The position numbers were made by a program, and so were the translations under genes. Source: Octopus vulgaris (Eukaryota). From it: a stretch of 64,000 nucleotides of DNA. Shown here piece by piece: positions 49,031 to 62,044 of the stretch. Location: assembly GCA_951406725.2 (NCBI GenBank), contig OX597838.1, positions 15,190,001 to 15,254,000 of the forward strand, read 5' to 3'. The notes under the pieces are model-generated. The model did not search any database, was not told where the DNA came from, and was given only the letters and a program-made list of their open reading frames with translations. How positions within the stretch are numbered: position 1 is the stretch's first letter; every line of letters starts with the position of its first letter.

Positions 49031-50003
49031 TATATATATATATATATATATATATTACACTGTATAACAAAATTTTTACTTTTTTTGTCTTTGTTCAGTA
49101 AGTGTTATTTCTTATTTGCTTCTATCTAGAAATCAAAGGAAATGACTACTATTCTCTTCAAACTTTGCTTTTGTCACCAGGACATAAATCTTTTGATACT
49201 GTCCTATTTTCCATTACATTTCAGACAGATTCAGTGTTGAGTTGCTGAAGTAGAAATATCGTTATAACAAATATTCTGCTCAATACTACAGATTTGCTTG
49301 TCAGTTGCTTGACCTTAACCACTTGAGCAAGTCCCTCGGTGACTGACAATGTGTGCATCTCTGATGATGGGTAAGAGCAGTAGGGGAGCATTCATAGTCA
49401 TGTGTTGAAAGGGATTCTTTGTGGTTTTAATAAATGTAAGAAAAGCAAATTTTGAATGAAATATGAGTCATTTTTCATATTTTCTAGGGTAAGGAAATGG
49501 GAAATAACAGTTGCTACCCAAGGGCAAAAATCATGTTATACGGTGTTATTCAGTGTGCTTTTCCTTCCCAAGCTAGTAGAGTGTCAGTTGATAATTTAAG
49601 TTCTTCTTAAGATAACACAAGGCAGTCTTTAACAAAGAGACAAAGTCTTTCTTATGGTTTGTTTCAATCAAGACTCTTGCAAATGTTTATTTACAATTTG
49701 AGTGTAAGTATATCAGGATGTGAACATTAGTACACATGGTTGAACTATTGCAAAGTTCACTTTTATATCACAAAATTTCCCTGTGTTAATTCTACTGCAG
49801 AGCCTTTTGGGCATTCATCTTTGCTTTTTAACAGGGCATTTGGTCAATCAAACCTTCCCCGACAACTCATCTTTTATTCTTTTTCACTTCCCTCTACACT
49901 GAACTGATATCCTCTCCGTCCAACTCATTCCCTATCTCTTATCACTATTTTACCTCAGTGCACTTTCTATTCTGTCTCACATTCACATTGTACCTGGACC
50001 TCA

Positions 50004-50059
<56 letters not shown>

Positions 50060-50492
50060 TCTCACTTTCTCAGTGGGCAAGCCATGTATTCACCTCTTCA
50101 GCAAGACACTTGCTCCTCTCACTCTGTCATAGTTTCTTTCTCCAGTCTGTACTCTGCTCAGTTGAAGGGTTTTATCTTGTGAGTACTTGGCAACCTCAAC
50201 AATGCTGGTGCTACATAAAAAGCGCCCAGTACACTCTGTAAAGCAGTTGGCATTAGGAAGAGCATTCAGCTGTACAAATAATGCCAAAGCAGACACAGAA
50301 CCTGATGGAGCTGTCTCTCTCATCTGTTCTCATCAAACCATCCCATGCGAGCATGGACAAAAAGGATGTGAAATGATGATGATGATGAATTCTAAAGTAT
50401 TGAGAACCACTATCCTTGAGAGATGTCTCTCTCTGTTGCTGTGCATCTGTTTATGCGTATTCACTGGTTTTTATTACATTTTTCTGTTACAG

Positions 50493-50566
50493 GAGCAGAG
50501 CATGGCACTGGTGTATATGTCACTAGCATCTCATCATCTTCAGAAGCATACAGAAAGGATATGCGG
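50493..50566 (+). CDS. USH1C: Harmonin-like exon 5 (GAEHGTGVYVTSISSSSEAYRKDMR), PDZ1
   Basis: Acceptor tttctgttacag, donor GTAAGG, 74 nt, phase 1 to 0. PDZ betaC-alphaA region. Confidence 0.92.
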
Positions 50567-51284
50567 GTAAGGTTGATCTTAGTACTCAATAACTTGAATG
50601 ACAGATTTGTCTACTTCTATAATTTCCTCCTTTCCCATCCACCCTCTCTCGCTCCCTCTTCTCTCTCTCTCTCTCTCACTTTCTCTCTCACTTTCTCTCT
50701 TGTTCTTTGGTGGTTTGGTAGAATCAGTGGGGCAGCAGACACCTATTGATGTCTTGGCAGAATTAATACAGCTTCATCATCATCATCATTTAATATCCGT
50801 TTTCCATACTGGCAGGAGTTGGATGGTTTGACAGAATCTGGCAAGCTGGAGTGCTGCAACATTCTCCCATCATCTGTTTTGGCATCGATTCCACAGCTGG
50901 AATCCCACCACTTTACAGAGTTTACTTGGTGCTCTTTACATGATGCCAGCACTGGTGCCTTTTACATGGCACCAACATGGGTGCGTTTCAAATGGCACCG
51001 GCACAGGTGCTTGTTATGTGACATCAACAAAGTGATTTGTAAATGATGCTGGCATGGGTGTGTTTTGCACGGCACCAACACATGCACATTGCATGCATGC
51101 ATGCATGGCACTGGTACAAGTGCTTTTTATGTGACACCAGAATGGATGCTTTTTACATGTCACTGGTACAAGTGCTTTTAACAAGGCACCAGCATGACTG
51201 CCTTTTATGTGGTACTAGCACCTGTGCGGTTGCCAAGAGGCTTCCAAGTGAAGGGCATCTCAGTTGAAAGAGGGAAAGGAACTG

Positions 51285-52095
51285 AGGCAGTTAGAAAAGA
51301 CTATCAAGACCAAATGCCCAGGAAAACTGACAAAAAGAGTCTAGTTTCATCAGGACATTGCTCCAGCATGAAACGTCCTTTGTTTCAACAGCTGCTGTGC
51401 ATGATTCTGGCTTTGAACTGGTTGATGAGCCTCCCTATTCTCCTGATTTGGCTCCATCTCACTACCATCTGTGCCCCAACATGAAAAAATATTTATAGGC
51501 GCAGGAGTGGCTGTGTGGTAAGTAGCTTGCTAACCAACCACATGGTTCCGGGTTCAGTCCCACTGCGTGGCATCTTGGGCAAGTGTCTTCTGCTATAGCC
51601 CCAGGCCGACCAATGCCTTGTGAGTGGATTTGGTAGACGGAAACTGAAAGAAGCCTGTCGTATATATGTATATATGTGTATGCGTGTGTGTATTTGTGTG
51701 TCTGTGTTTGTCCCCCTAGCATTGCTTGTGTGTTTACGTCCCCGTCACTTAGTGGTTCGGCAAAAAGAGACCGATAGAATAAGTACTGGGCTTACAAAGA
51801 ATAAGTCCCGGGGTCGATTTGCTCGACTAAAGGCGGTGCTCCAGCATGGCCGCAGTCAAATGACTGAAACAAGTAAAAGAGTAAAAGAGGGTGAGAACCA
51901 GTATCGCAGCAGTGATGATGACATCATATCTGCTGTTGTAGATTTTTTGACCAACAAGAATGAAAGCATCTTCACCAATGGGATTGAAGCACTGCAACAC
52001 CAATGGAAGAAGTGGGTGGCTGCAAGAGGGATTATGTTTTTAAAAAAAATGAACCTCATTTGGTCACATTCCATGAGAGTGTTTTGGTCAGCCTT
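51285..52095 (+). mobile_element. Mariner transposase relic split by a SINE (51497-51890)
   Basis: FHQDIAPA, GFELVDEPPYSPDLAPSHYHL and, after the SINE, DDDIISAVVDFL...GIEALQHQWKKWV. Confidence 0.85.
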
Positions 52096-53299
52096 GGTCA
52101 ATGGATTGCGATCTGGGGAATTAGGAAGCCAAATGTTAGGGGCTATGTGATCATGAAAATTTTCAGCCATCCATTCCTGTGTTACTAGAGCAATAGCCCA
52201 GTGGTTAGGGCAGCGGACTCGCGGTCGGAGGATCGCGGTTTCGATTCCCAGACCGGGCGTTGTGAGTGTTTATTGAGCAAAAACACCTAAAAGCTCCACG
52301 AGCTCCGGCAGGGGATGGTGGTGATCCCTGCTGTACTCTTTCACCACAACTTTCTCTCACTCTTTCTTCCTGTTTCTGTTGTACCTGTATTTCAAAGGGC
52401 CGGCCTTGTCACTCTCTGTGTCACGCTGAATATCCCCGAGAACTACGTTAAGGGTACACGTGTCTGTGGAGTGCTCAGCCACTTACACATTAATTTCACG
52501 AGCAGCCTGTTCCGTTGATTCGGATCAACCGGAACCCTCGTTGTCGTAACCGACAGAGTGCTCCTACTACGTGTGATAGTGCAGAGTCTTACTGAAACAC
52601 ATATGGCCTTCCATTGCATACACTGTCTATCCAGGGCTTAACAATTGAATTCATCTCTTTGGATGCTGGACACTCCATCATCACATGACACCGTGTGACA
52701 TTAAACATGTTTCAGGAAATGATGTTTTATCATCAGAAAAGAACAGCTTCTTAATTAGCACTCTTCAATCAATGCTATAGCAGTCTGTTAATAAACCGTT
52801 TTCTATTTAGTATGTGTGCGATGTTTCTTCTGTGGCTCAGTTTATATATTATATGTACATTGTCTCACTTTCTCAGTGGGCAAGCCATGTATTCACCTCT
52901 TCAGCAAGACACTTGCTCCTCTCACTCTGTCATAGTTTCTTTCTCCAGTCTATACTCTGTTCAGTTGAAGGGTTTTATCTTGTGGGTACTTGGCAACCTC
53001 ACCAATGCTGGTGCTACATAAAAAGCGCCCAGTACACTCTGTAAAGCAGTTGGCATTAGGAAGAGCATTCAGCTGTACAAATAATGCCAAAGCAGACACA
53101 GAACCTGATGGAGCTGTCTCTCTCATCTGTTCTCATCAAACCATCCCATGCGAGCATGGACAAAAAGGATGTGAAATGATGATGATGATGAAGATGATGA
53201 TGATGAATTCTAAAGTATTGAGAACCACTATCCTTGAGAGATGTCTCTCTCTCTGTTACTGCTTCTTCATTGGAGATTTTTTTTCTCTTTCTTTGCCAG

Positions 53300-53408
53300 G
53301 TTGGTGATGAAGTTGTGTCTGTCAATGGATTTTACATTGCTCAGGCTATCCATGAAGAAATTATTGAACTCATTAATGATTTTCAAGATATTGAGCTCCA
53401 AATAAGAC
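53300..53408 (+). CDS. USH1C: Harmonin-like exon 6 (VGDEVVSVNGFYIAQAIHEEIIELINDFQDIELQIR), PDZ1 C-terminal half
   Basis: Acceptor ctttctttgccag, donor GTAAGA, 109 nt, phase 0 to 1. Has the GD-x-V-x-x-VNG and HEE PDZ motifs. Confidence 0.94.
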
Positions 53409-54196
53409 GTAAGAACCCAAACAATTTTTCTTTCTTTCTTTGATTTCTAAATCCTTGGCTTTTTTCTTTTTGATTTATAGCAAAAATTCTTTCTTTTAAA
53501 CATGTTGTTGTTGTTGTTTTGACTCAATCTGAGTCATTGCTTGTATTACCACAGTCAGTATTCTCTCAATTTGTATTACCACAACCAGTATTACCACAGC
53601 TAGTAATACCACAGTTAATAAAAAAAATAATTAACGAATTAGGCACAGGAGTGGCTGTGTGGTGAGTAGCTTGCTTACGAACCACATGATTCTGGGTTCA
53701 GTCCCACTGCGTGGCACCTTGGACAAGTGTCTTCTACTATAGCCTTGGGCTGACCAAAGACTTGTGAGTGGATTTGGTTGACGGAAACTGAAAGAAGCCC
53801 GTCATATATATGTATATGTATATATATATAGTCGCAGGAGTGGCTGTGTGGTAAGTAGCTTGTTTACCAACCACATGGTCCTGGGTTCAGTCCCAATCTG
53901 AATGCTAAAGGGTTGAGGCAGCAAGCTGGCAGAATTATTAGCACGGTGAGCTGGCAGAATTGTTAGCACACCAGGCAAAATGCCTACCAACATTTCCTCC
54001 ATCTTTACATTCTGAGTTCAAATTCCACCAAAGCCACCTTCGCCTTTCATTTTTCGGTGGGTCAATAAAATAACTACCAGTCGAGCACAGGGATCAATAT
54101 AATCAACTTACTCCTCTCCCTCCACCCCCCCAATTGCTGGCCCTGTGCCAAAATTTGAAGCCTATTTAAACAAATTCTTTTCTTTCATCACAACAG

Positions 54197-54221
54197 GTGT
54201 TGGTATGATTCCATTCCGGAT
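54197..54221 (+). CDS. USH1C: Harmonin-like exon 7, 25-nt microexon (RVGMIPFRI)
   Basis: Acceptor tttctttcatcacaacag, donor GTAAGT, phase 1 to 2. Needed to keep the frame, and matches harmonin HIGLIPVKS. Confidence 0.88.
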
Positions 54222-54482
54222 GTAAGTAAACTATTCTACTTTTGTTGTTATTGTTGTCATCGTTGTCGTTGGTGGTGGTGATGGTGGTTCTGTCATTGTT
54301 GGTGTTTTTATCAATGTTTCCTACATCATGATTGTTGTCTAATTTAGTTTCATGGTCCTCACATTTCAAGTCTTGGTGTTTACATATCGCATCTTAGAAA
54401 TTTTAAATTACTCCTAAAGACACAGTTCTGGGTTCATCGTCTTGTGTCTTGGGTTTTGGACTGATGAATGCCATGTAACAGG

Positions 54483-54527
<45 letters not shown>

Positions 54528-55514
54528 GGAGTGGTTGGCATTAGGAAGGGCATCCTGCTGTAGAAACTCTGCCAGATCAAGATTGGAGCCTGGTGCAGCC
54601 ATCTGGTTCGCCAATCCTCAGTCAAATCGTCCAACCCATGCTAGCATGAAAAGTGGACATTAAACGATGATGATGATGATATATAGATGTATATATATAT
54701 ACATATGTATATACTGTTATTATCATCATCCTTTAATGTCTGTTTTCCATTCCAGATGGTTTGACAGGAGCTGGCAAGCAGGAGAACTGCACCAGATTCC
54801 AATCTAATTTGGCTGGATGCCCTTCATAACACCAACGACTTTACAGTGTGTGCTGTGTGATTTAATGGGGCACTGGTACATATGTATGTATGTATGTATG
54901 TATGTATATATGTATGTATGTATGTATGTATGATGTATGTATGTATGAATGTCTCTTCTGTATTTAATCATTTAAATTCTTTCTCTGAAGAAGCTGCTTT
55001 CTATCAAAGGTACAAAGTTCCGTCTTTGATGTGCAGATAACAAAAACAAAGTCACATTTTAAACCTGAAAAAAGTCTTGCATAGTTTTACTGTTCCACTT
55101 ATTTATTTATTTATTTATTTATCTATTCATGTATGTATGTGTTAAGTCTTCAGGGGTTTGAATATCTCATTGCCAATAATGGAATGTGCACAAAGGTGTG
55201 GAATAGCACTACACAAATAAATATTTAGATATGGTTATCTAGAATGACCTTTCACCGAATTTATATGTTCACACAGAATGTATTCCGTACTACACCAAAC
55301 ATAGGTACGAAATTAAACTAGCTCAGTAATCCAACCCAAACTATTAATGCTGTCAACCGCCAACGGTTCACACAGTTTCTTTATTTCATTGAAATGCATC
55401 AGTCCACTTTTGGTTACATGGGGGTGGTCAGAATCCTTCCACAACAGTATATATGTATGTATGTCTAAATATAAAGTATGTGTTCTTGTAAAATATATCA
55501 ATTTCTTTTGACAG

Positions 55515-55563
55515 TAAAGCTTCTGATGTTGTCCGCTGGGAATATGTGCCAAAGGAAGATATT
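55515..55563 (+). CDS. USH1C: Harmonin-like exon 8 (KASDVVRWEYVPKEDI), post-PDZ1 hairpin extension
   Basis: Acceptor tttcttttgacag, donor GTAAGT, 49 nt, phase 2 to 0. WEYV matches harmonin LTWQYVD. Confidence 0.88.
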
Positions 55564-56712
55564 GTAAGTGACACTTATTTTCTGATTTTGGCAATTTGAT
55601 GTTCTGGGGGGTGAGAGGTGATTCAAGATAGATAAAGTCAGTTTGTGTTGATGAGTGGCTATTGGTGTTCAACTTGGTATAACTCCTCTGCATCACTCCT
55701 ACTGTCTCACTAATACTAATTTCTCTTAATTACATCTTGTTAATTAAGACTCTCTACATCATTCTTTCTACATCAACCCCTCCACATCACCACCTCTACA
55801 TCACCCCTCTCCATCACCCCTCTACATCACTTCGTCCGCATCACTCCCCTACATCATCCCCTTTATGTCACCCCCTCAACAACACTCCCCTCTACATTAC
55901 CCTCCTCTACACCACCCCACCTCTACATCAACCCCTCTACACCATTCCTACCATTACATTAAAACTAATTAATCACTCTTAACATTAGTTTCAAATTTTG
56001 GCACAAGGCCAGCAGATTTGGGGGAGTGGGTAAGTCAATTACATCGACCCCAGTACTCAACTGGTACTTATTTTGTTGACCCTGAAAGGATGTTAGGCAA
56101 AGTTGATCTCAGCAGAATTTGAACTAAGAACGGACAAAATGCCACTAAACATTTTGCCCAGGTCTCCATCGGGAAGGAACTTTACTCTTTGGTTACTATG
56201 GTTTCCACGTTATGGGTTTAATAGATTGAACCTTAAGGGACAGGTATGGCTGTGATTGATACCGGTAAGGCTGTGTGGTTAAAAAGTTTGCTTCCCAACC
56301 AGAGGGTTTCAGGTTCAGTCCCACTGCATGACCCCTTGAACAAGTGTCTTCTACTATAGCCATAGGCCGACCAAAGCCTTGCAAGTGAATTTAGTAGATG
56401 GAAACAGAAAGAAGCCTGTTGTATAGATATATTTATGTATATGTATTATATGTGTGTCTGTTTGTATTTCCTTAACTTGACATCGTGTGATTGTTGTAAA
56501 TGAATGTTGTGCATTTCCAATATTCCACAAAAACATGTCTGGCTGTGGGGAAATATTACTTTGCTTAGAAGTAGATTAAGAGTTAGCAATGGAGAGGGCA
56601 TCCAGCCCTAGAAAATCTATATCAATAAACCTTCATTTAAACCCTTACAAGCATGAGAAAGTGGGTATTTAAATGACAGTGACTTAATAGCAGCAGCAGC
56701 AGCAGTAGCCGC

Positions 56713-56752
<40 letters not shown>

Positions 56753-56825
56753 AATAGCTACAATTCTGTAATCATTGTTTGACTTCTTGCTTCATTAATG
56801 TTTGTCTCCCTACTTTTATTCTCAG

Positions 56826-56890
56826 ATTTCATCAAAATACCCTATCAAAATCTTTGTTAATATGTCTGCCACAGGAGGCCTTGGGTGTAG
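56826..56890 (+). CDS. USH1C: Harmonin-like exon 9 (ISSKYPIKIFVNMSATGGLGC), start of PDZ2
   Basis: Acceptor cttttattctcag, donor GTAAGT, 65 nt, phase 0 to 2. The GLGC loop is as in harmonin PDZ2 (KVFISLVGSRGLGC). Confidence 0.92.
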
Positions 56891-57067
56891 GTAAGTATAT
56901 TTAGGTTAATTAAAATTTGTTTGTGGCATATTTCAACTGCTAAAAGGCAAATTGCACTGCAGTTACCACTCAGAAAAATTTTCTCTTATGGTAAGAAGGG
57001 GTGAAAACACCTTATCCATCCAAGTCTCACCAACTATCAGGACTCTGATTTTGGTAATATATATATA

Positions 57068-57368
57068 TCGTGATCACGTGACCGACCAGACCATCAGATG
57101 TTGCTACACATCGCTGGTCACAATGCGTTCGCATTGTTTTAGCCTTCAAATGACGCCACCCCGCTGGCTAAGCGAGCAGGCCAACAGAAGAAAGAGTGAG
57201 AGAAAGAGTGGTGAAAGAGTACAGCAGAGATCACCACCCACTGCCGGAGCCTCATGGAGCTTTAAGGTGTTTTTGCTCAATAAACACACACAACGCCCAG
57301 TCTGGGAATCGAAACCGCGATCCTTCGACCGCGAGTTCGCTGCCCTAACCACTAGGCCATTGCGCCTC
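57068..57368 (-). mobile_element. SINE family C head with an alternative 3' body; second copy at 59485-59777
   Basis: First ~150 nt match 10275 onward, then diverge into a different tail ending GGTCGGTCACGTGATCACG. Confidence 0.8.
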
Positions 57369-57383
57369 CATATATATATATAT

Positions 57384-57626
57384 ATATATGTATAAAAAAT
57401 ATATATAAAAATACAAAATGGGACAAGAACGCAAAACATTCAAATAGACGATACAAAAAACAGACGGGTCATTCGAAGCCTCTAATCTTCAGTCAAGAAC
57501 CGGATCATCCTCACAATTTCGGCTGATTAGGCTTCGAATGACCCGTCTGTTTTTTGTATCGTCTATTTGAATGTTTTGCGTTCTTGTCCCATTTTGTATT
57601 TTTATATATATTTTTTATACATATAT
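57384..57626. repeat. Perfect inverted repeat (about 98-bp arms, 47-nt loop)
   Basis: 57384-57481 is the reverse complement of 57529-57626. Confidence 0.92.
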
Positions 57627-57685
57627 TATTGCGGCGTACGTACACTTTGTTCTCTTATATGTATGTAAGCATTCCTCTTTATATA

Positions 57686-59400
57686 TCTTTATATATAAAA
57701 GTGAAGTTGTGTGTCTGTCTCCTACGATTTAGATTCCTAACTACTCCCACATTTTGCGGTGCAGTTTAACTAAAAGTGGGTATCTTATAGTCGTGATTCA
57801 TATCGAGCCCTTCTGGGTAGCGTGTGTCTACGATGAGTCTACGATTTAAAAAATAATTTACCATCATTTTTTTTCCATTTTTAATGCATTTTTTTTCTAT
57901 TTTTTGGCTATAACTCTCTAAAAATGCTTATATAGTTATTTCCCTTACAAACTCGAGCAACGCCGGGCGATACTGCTAGTATATATATATAAATCTTTAG
58001 TTAAATATATTCAATAAGAATATTGTATACTGAATTTATATTGAGTGCTCTATTATATCAAAATGTTAATACTATTAAAGTATCTATATATTTAATACGA
58101 GCGATTATACACATATATAATTTTTTAATAATATATTATTATTAATATTAGGAAATATTATACATATTTATATTTTTTTATTTATATACCTTTATATATA
58201 AAAGTCAAGTTGTGTGTCTGTCTCCTACGATTTAGATTCCTAACTACTCCCACATTTTGCGGTGCAGTTTAACCAAAACCGGGTATCTTATAGTCGTGAT
58301 TCATATCGAGCCCTTCTGGGTATTAAACGTGCGTCTACGATGAGTCTACGATTTAAAAAAAAATTTACCATCATTTTTTTCCATTTTAATGCATTTTTTT
58401 CGCTTTTATATAAGGGAAGTAACTCTCTAAAAATGTCTACGATGAGTCAACGATTTTAAAAATAATTTACCATCATTTTTTTTTCCATTTTTAATGCATT
58501 TTTTTGCTATTTTTTGGCTATAACTCTCTAAAAATGCTTATATAGTTATTTCCCTTACAAACCCGAGCAACGCCGGGTGATACTGCTAGTTATGTATATA
58601 AATCTTTAGTTAAATATATTCAATAAGAATATTGTATACTGAATTTATATTGAGTGCTCTATTGTATCAAAATATTAATACTATTAAAGTATCTATATAT
58701 TTAATACGAGCGATTATACACATATATAATTTTTTAATAATATATTATTATTAATATTAGGAAATATTATACATATTTATATTTTTTTATTTATATACCT
58801 TTATATATAAAAGTCAAGTTGTGTGTCTGTCTCCTACGATTTAGATTCCTAACTACTCCCACATTTTGCGGTGCAGTTTAACCAAAACCGGGTATCTTAT
58901 AGTCGTGATTCATATCGAGCCCTTCTGGGTATTAAACACGCGTCTACGATGAGTCTACGATTTTAAAAAAAATTTACCATCATTTTTTTCCATTTTAATG
59001 CATTTTTTTCGCTTTTATATAAGGGAAGTAACTCTCTAAAAATGTCTACGATGAGTCAACGATTTTTAAAAAAGTTTACCATCATTTTTTTTTTCCATTT
59101 TTAATGCATTTTTTTGCTATTTTTTGGCTATAACTCTTTAAAAATGCTTATATAGTTATTTCCCTTACAAATCCGAGCAACGCCGGGCAATACTGCTAGT
59201 ATATATATATAAATCTTTAGTTAAATATATTCAATAAGAATATTGTATACTGAATTTATATTGAGTGCTCTATTGTATCAAAATATTAATACTATTAAAG
59301 TATTTATATATTTAATACGAGCGATTATACACATATATAATTTCTTTATAAATATATTATTATTAATATTAGGAAATATTTATATTTATTTATTTATATA
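57686..59400 (+). mobile_element. Three tandem non-autonomous Helitron copies, each followed by the same ~209-bp AT-rich spacer
   Basis: Copies at 57686-57979, 58189-58589 and 58798-59199 end in hairpin (A/T)CCCGAGCAACGCCGGG-like + CTAG. Period is about 609 bp for copies 2 and 3. Confidence 0.85.
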
Positions 59401-61126
59401 TTTTTAATACAACAATTATTTTTCACACGTGTATATCTTTCTGAGGAGTTTTCTGATATTGATTTCCTACTATTAATAATAATCACGTGATCACGTGACC
59501 GACCAGACCATCAGATGTTGTTACACATCGCTGGCCACAATGCGTTCGCATTGTTTTAGCCTTCGAATGACGCCACCCCGCTGGCTAAGCGAGCAGGCCA
59601 ACAGAAGAAAGAGTGGTGAAAGTGAACAGCAGGGATCACCACCCCCTGCCGGAGCTTCGTGGAGCTTTTTAGGTGTTTTCGCTCAATAAACACTCACAAC
59701 GCCCGGGCTGGGAATCGAAACCGCAATCCTGCGACCGCGAGTCCGCTGCCCTAACTACTAGGCCATTGCGCCTCCACATTAATAATGATATATTATGTAA
59801 ATAAGATCGAAAATTAAAACTGATAAGAAAAAAAATCTACTGATTTAAAACCAATTATTCATTCGTTCTTTTGTTTCCATTACCATTATATGTTTGGTGA
59901 ACACTAGTTACTACATTAGTATCTGGCTGGAAATTTGTGGATTTTAGCCGTACGTTACTGTACACTTTGAGAGTCAGCTTTACCGCAGTTCAGTACTCCT
60001 GATGCTTCAAACCATTTCAATGTTTTGTGACTCCATGGATAGCCACATAGACCCCGCCCCACACACACACACAGACGGTTCGCTATTAACCATGCTATAA
60101 GGCGGTGTGTTGTGTTGTGTTCTTGAGCAAGACACTTTATTCCACACTGCTCCAGTTCACTCAGCTGTAGAAATGAGTTGCGACGTTACAGGTGCCAAAC
60201 TGTATCAGCCCCTTTGCCTTTCCCTTGGATAACATTTGTTTCTTTATTACCCACAAGGGGCTAAACATAGAGGGGACAAACAAGGACAGACAAACAGATT
60301 AAGTCAATTACATCGACCCCAGTGTGTAACTGGTACTTAATTTATCGACCCCCGAAAGGATGAAAGGCAAAGTCGACCTCGGCGGAATTTGAACTCAGAA
60401 CGTAACAGCAGACGAAATACAGCTACACATTTCGCCCGGCCTTTCCCTTGGATAACATTTGTTTCTTTATTACCCACAAGGGGCTAAACATAGAGGGGAC
60501 AAACAAGGACAGACAAACGGATTAAGTCAATTACATCGACCCCAGTGCGTAACTGGTACTTAATTTATCGACCCCGAAAGGATGAAAGGCAAAGTCGACC
60601 TTGGCGGAATTTGAACTCAGAACGTAACGGCAGACAAAATACAGCTACACATTTCGCCCGGCGCACTAACGTTTCTGCCAGCTCACCGCCCTTGGATAAC
60701 ATTGGTGACATGGAGAGGGAGGCTGGTATGCATGGGCGACTGCTTGTCTTCCATAAACAACCTTGCCTAGACTTGTGCCTCAGAGAAGCACTTTCCAGGT
60801 GCAATCACATGGTCATTTGTGATCGATGGCAGGTCCTCATAAAGCATTGAGCTAGCAGAATCATTAGCATGCCAGGCAAAATACTTAGCAACATTTCGTC
60901 TGTCTTTACATTCTGAGTTCAAAATCCACTGAGGTCAACTTTGCATTTCATCCTTTCAAAGTCAATAAATTGAGTACCAACTGAATACTGGGATCGATGT
61001 AATCAACATATCCCCTCCCTCGGATTTCCTGGCCTTCTGCCAAAATTTTAAACTAGTGTCACCCACTTTACTAAATCCTGGAATAATTAAACTTCCCTTT
61101 TGTGTTTTATTCATATTATTTGTCAG

Positions 61127-61271
61127 AATTGCAAGTGGCCCAGCAAATTATAAAGGGATATATATTCAGTCTGTGAAGCCAAGTAGCTTGGCTCATGAAG
61201 CTGGCCTGGAAGTTGGTGACCAAATTCTATCTGTGAATGAAACCAGTTTTATTGATGTTACCCATTCTCAG
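61127..61271 (+). CDS. USH1C: Harmonin-like exon 10 (RIASGPANYKGIYIQSVKPSSLAHEAGLEVGDQILSVNETSFIDVTHSQ), PDZ2
   Basis: Acceptor ttatttgtcag, donor GTGAGT, 145 nt, phase 2 to 0. Strong match to [38 protein letters not shown]. Confidence 0.95.
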
Positions 61272-61296
61272 GTGAGTGTAAGGTTTTTTTTTTCTG

Positions 61297-61830
61297 TGGC
61301 CATTGTTAGCACCGGCACAGGTATCACAACTGCTATTTCCATATCAATGGAAATAGTAGTTGTGATACCTGTGCCGGTGGCGCATAAAAAGCACCATCCA
61401 AACGTGGCCGTTGCCAGCGTCGCCTTGGCTGGCTTCCGTGCCGTTGGCACATAAAAAGCACCATCCGAACGTGGCCGTTGCCAGCGCCGCTTCGACTGGC
61501 TTCTGTGCCGGTGGCACATAACAAGCACCATCCGAACGTGGCCGGTGCCAGCACCGCCTTGGCTGGCTTCCGTGCCGGTGGCACGTTAAAAGCTCCAACC
61601 GATCGTGGCCGATGCCAGACCCCCCCTGGCACCTGTGCAGGTGGCACGTAAAAAGCACCTACTACACTCGTGGAGTGGTTGGCGTTAGGAAGGGCATCCA
61701 GCTGTAGAAACTCTGCCAGATCAGACTGGAGCCTGGTGCAGCCCCTGGCTTCCCAGACCCCGGTCGAACCATCCAACCCGTGCTAGCGCGGAAAACGGAC
61801 GTTAAACGATGATGATGATGATGATGATGA
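61297..61830 (+). mobile_element. Copy of the (GAT)n-tailed retroposon starting about 25 nt after the exon 10 donor
   Basis: Close similarity to 26503-27001, including the tandem GCCGGTGGCACATAAAAAGCACCATCCGAACG units. Confidence 0.8.
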
Positions 61831-62044
61831 ATACAAGATTGTTTCATGGGGATTGCCTTTTGTTGTAAACATCAAATTTATGTTTGGGGCCCTCATGTTT
61901 TATTAGTTATAAACAGAATATTGCTCTCAACTTGATTCTTATGATGTATGATATCATTTACATTGTTGTGTGGTTTAGGAGCTTGCTTTCCCACCATGTG
62001 GTCTTGGGTTCAATCTCACTGCATGGCACCTTGAGCAAGTGTCC

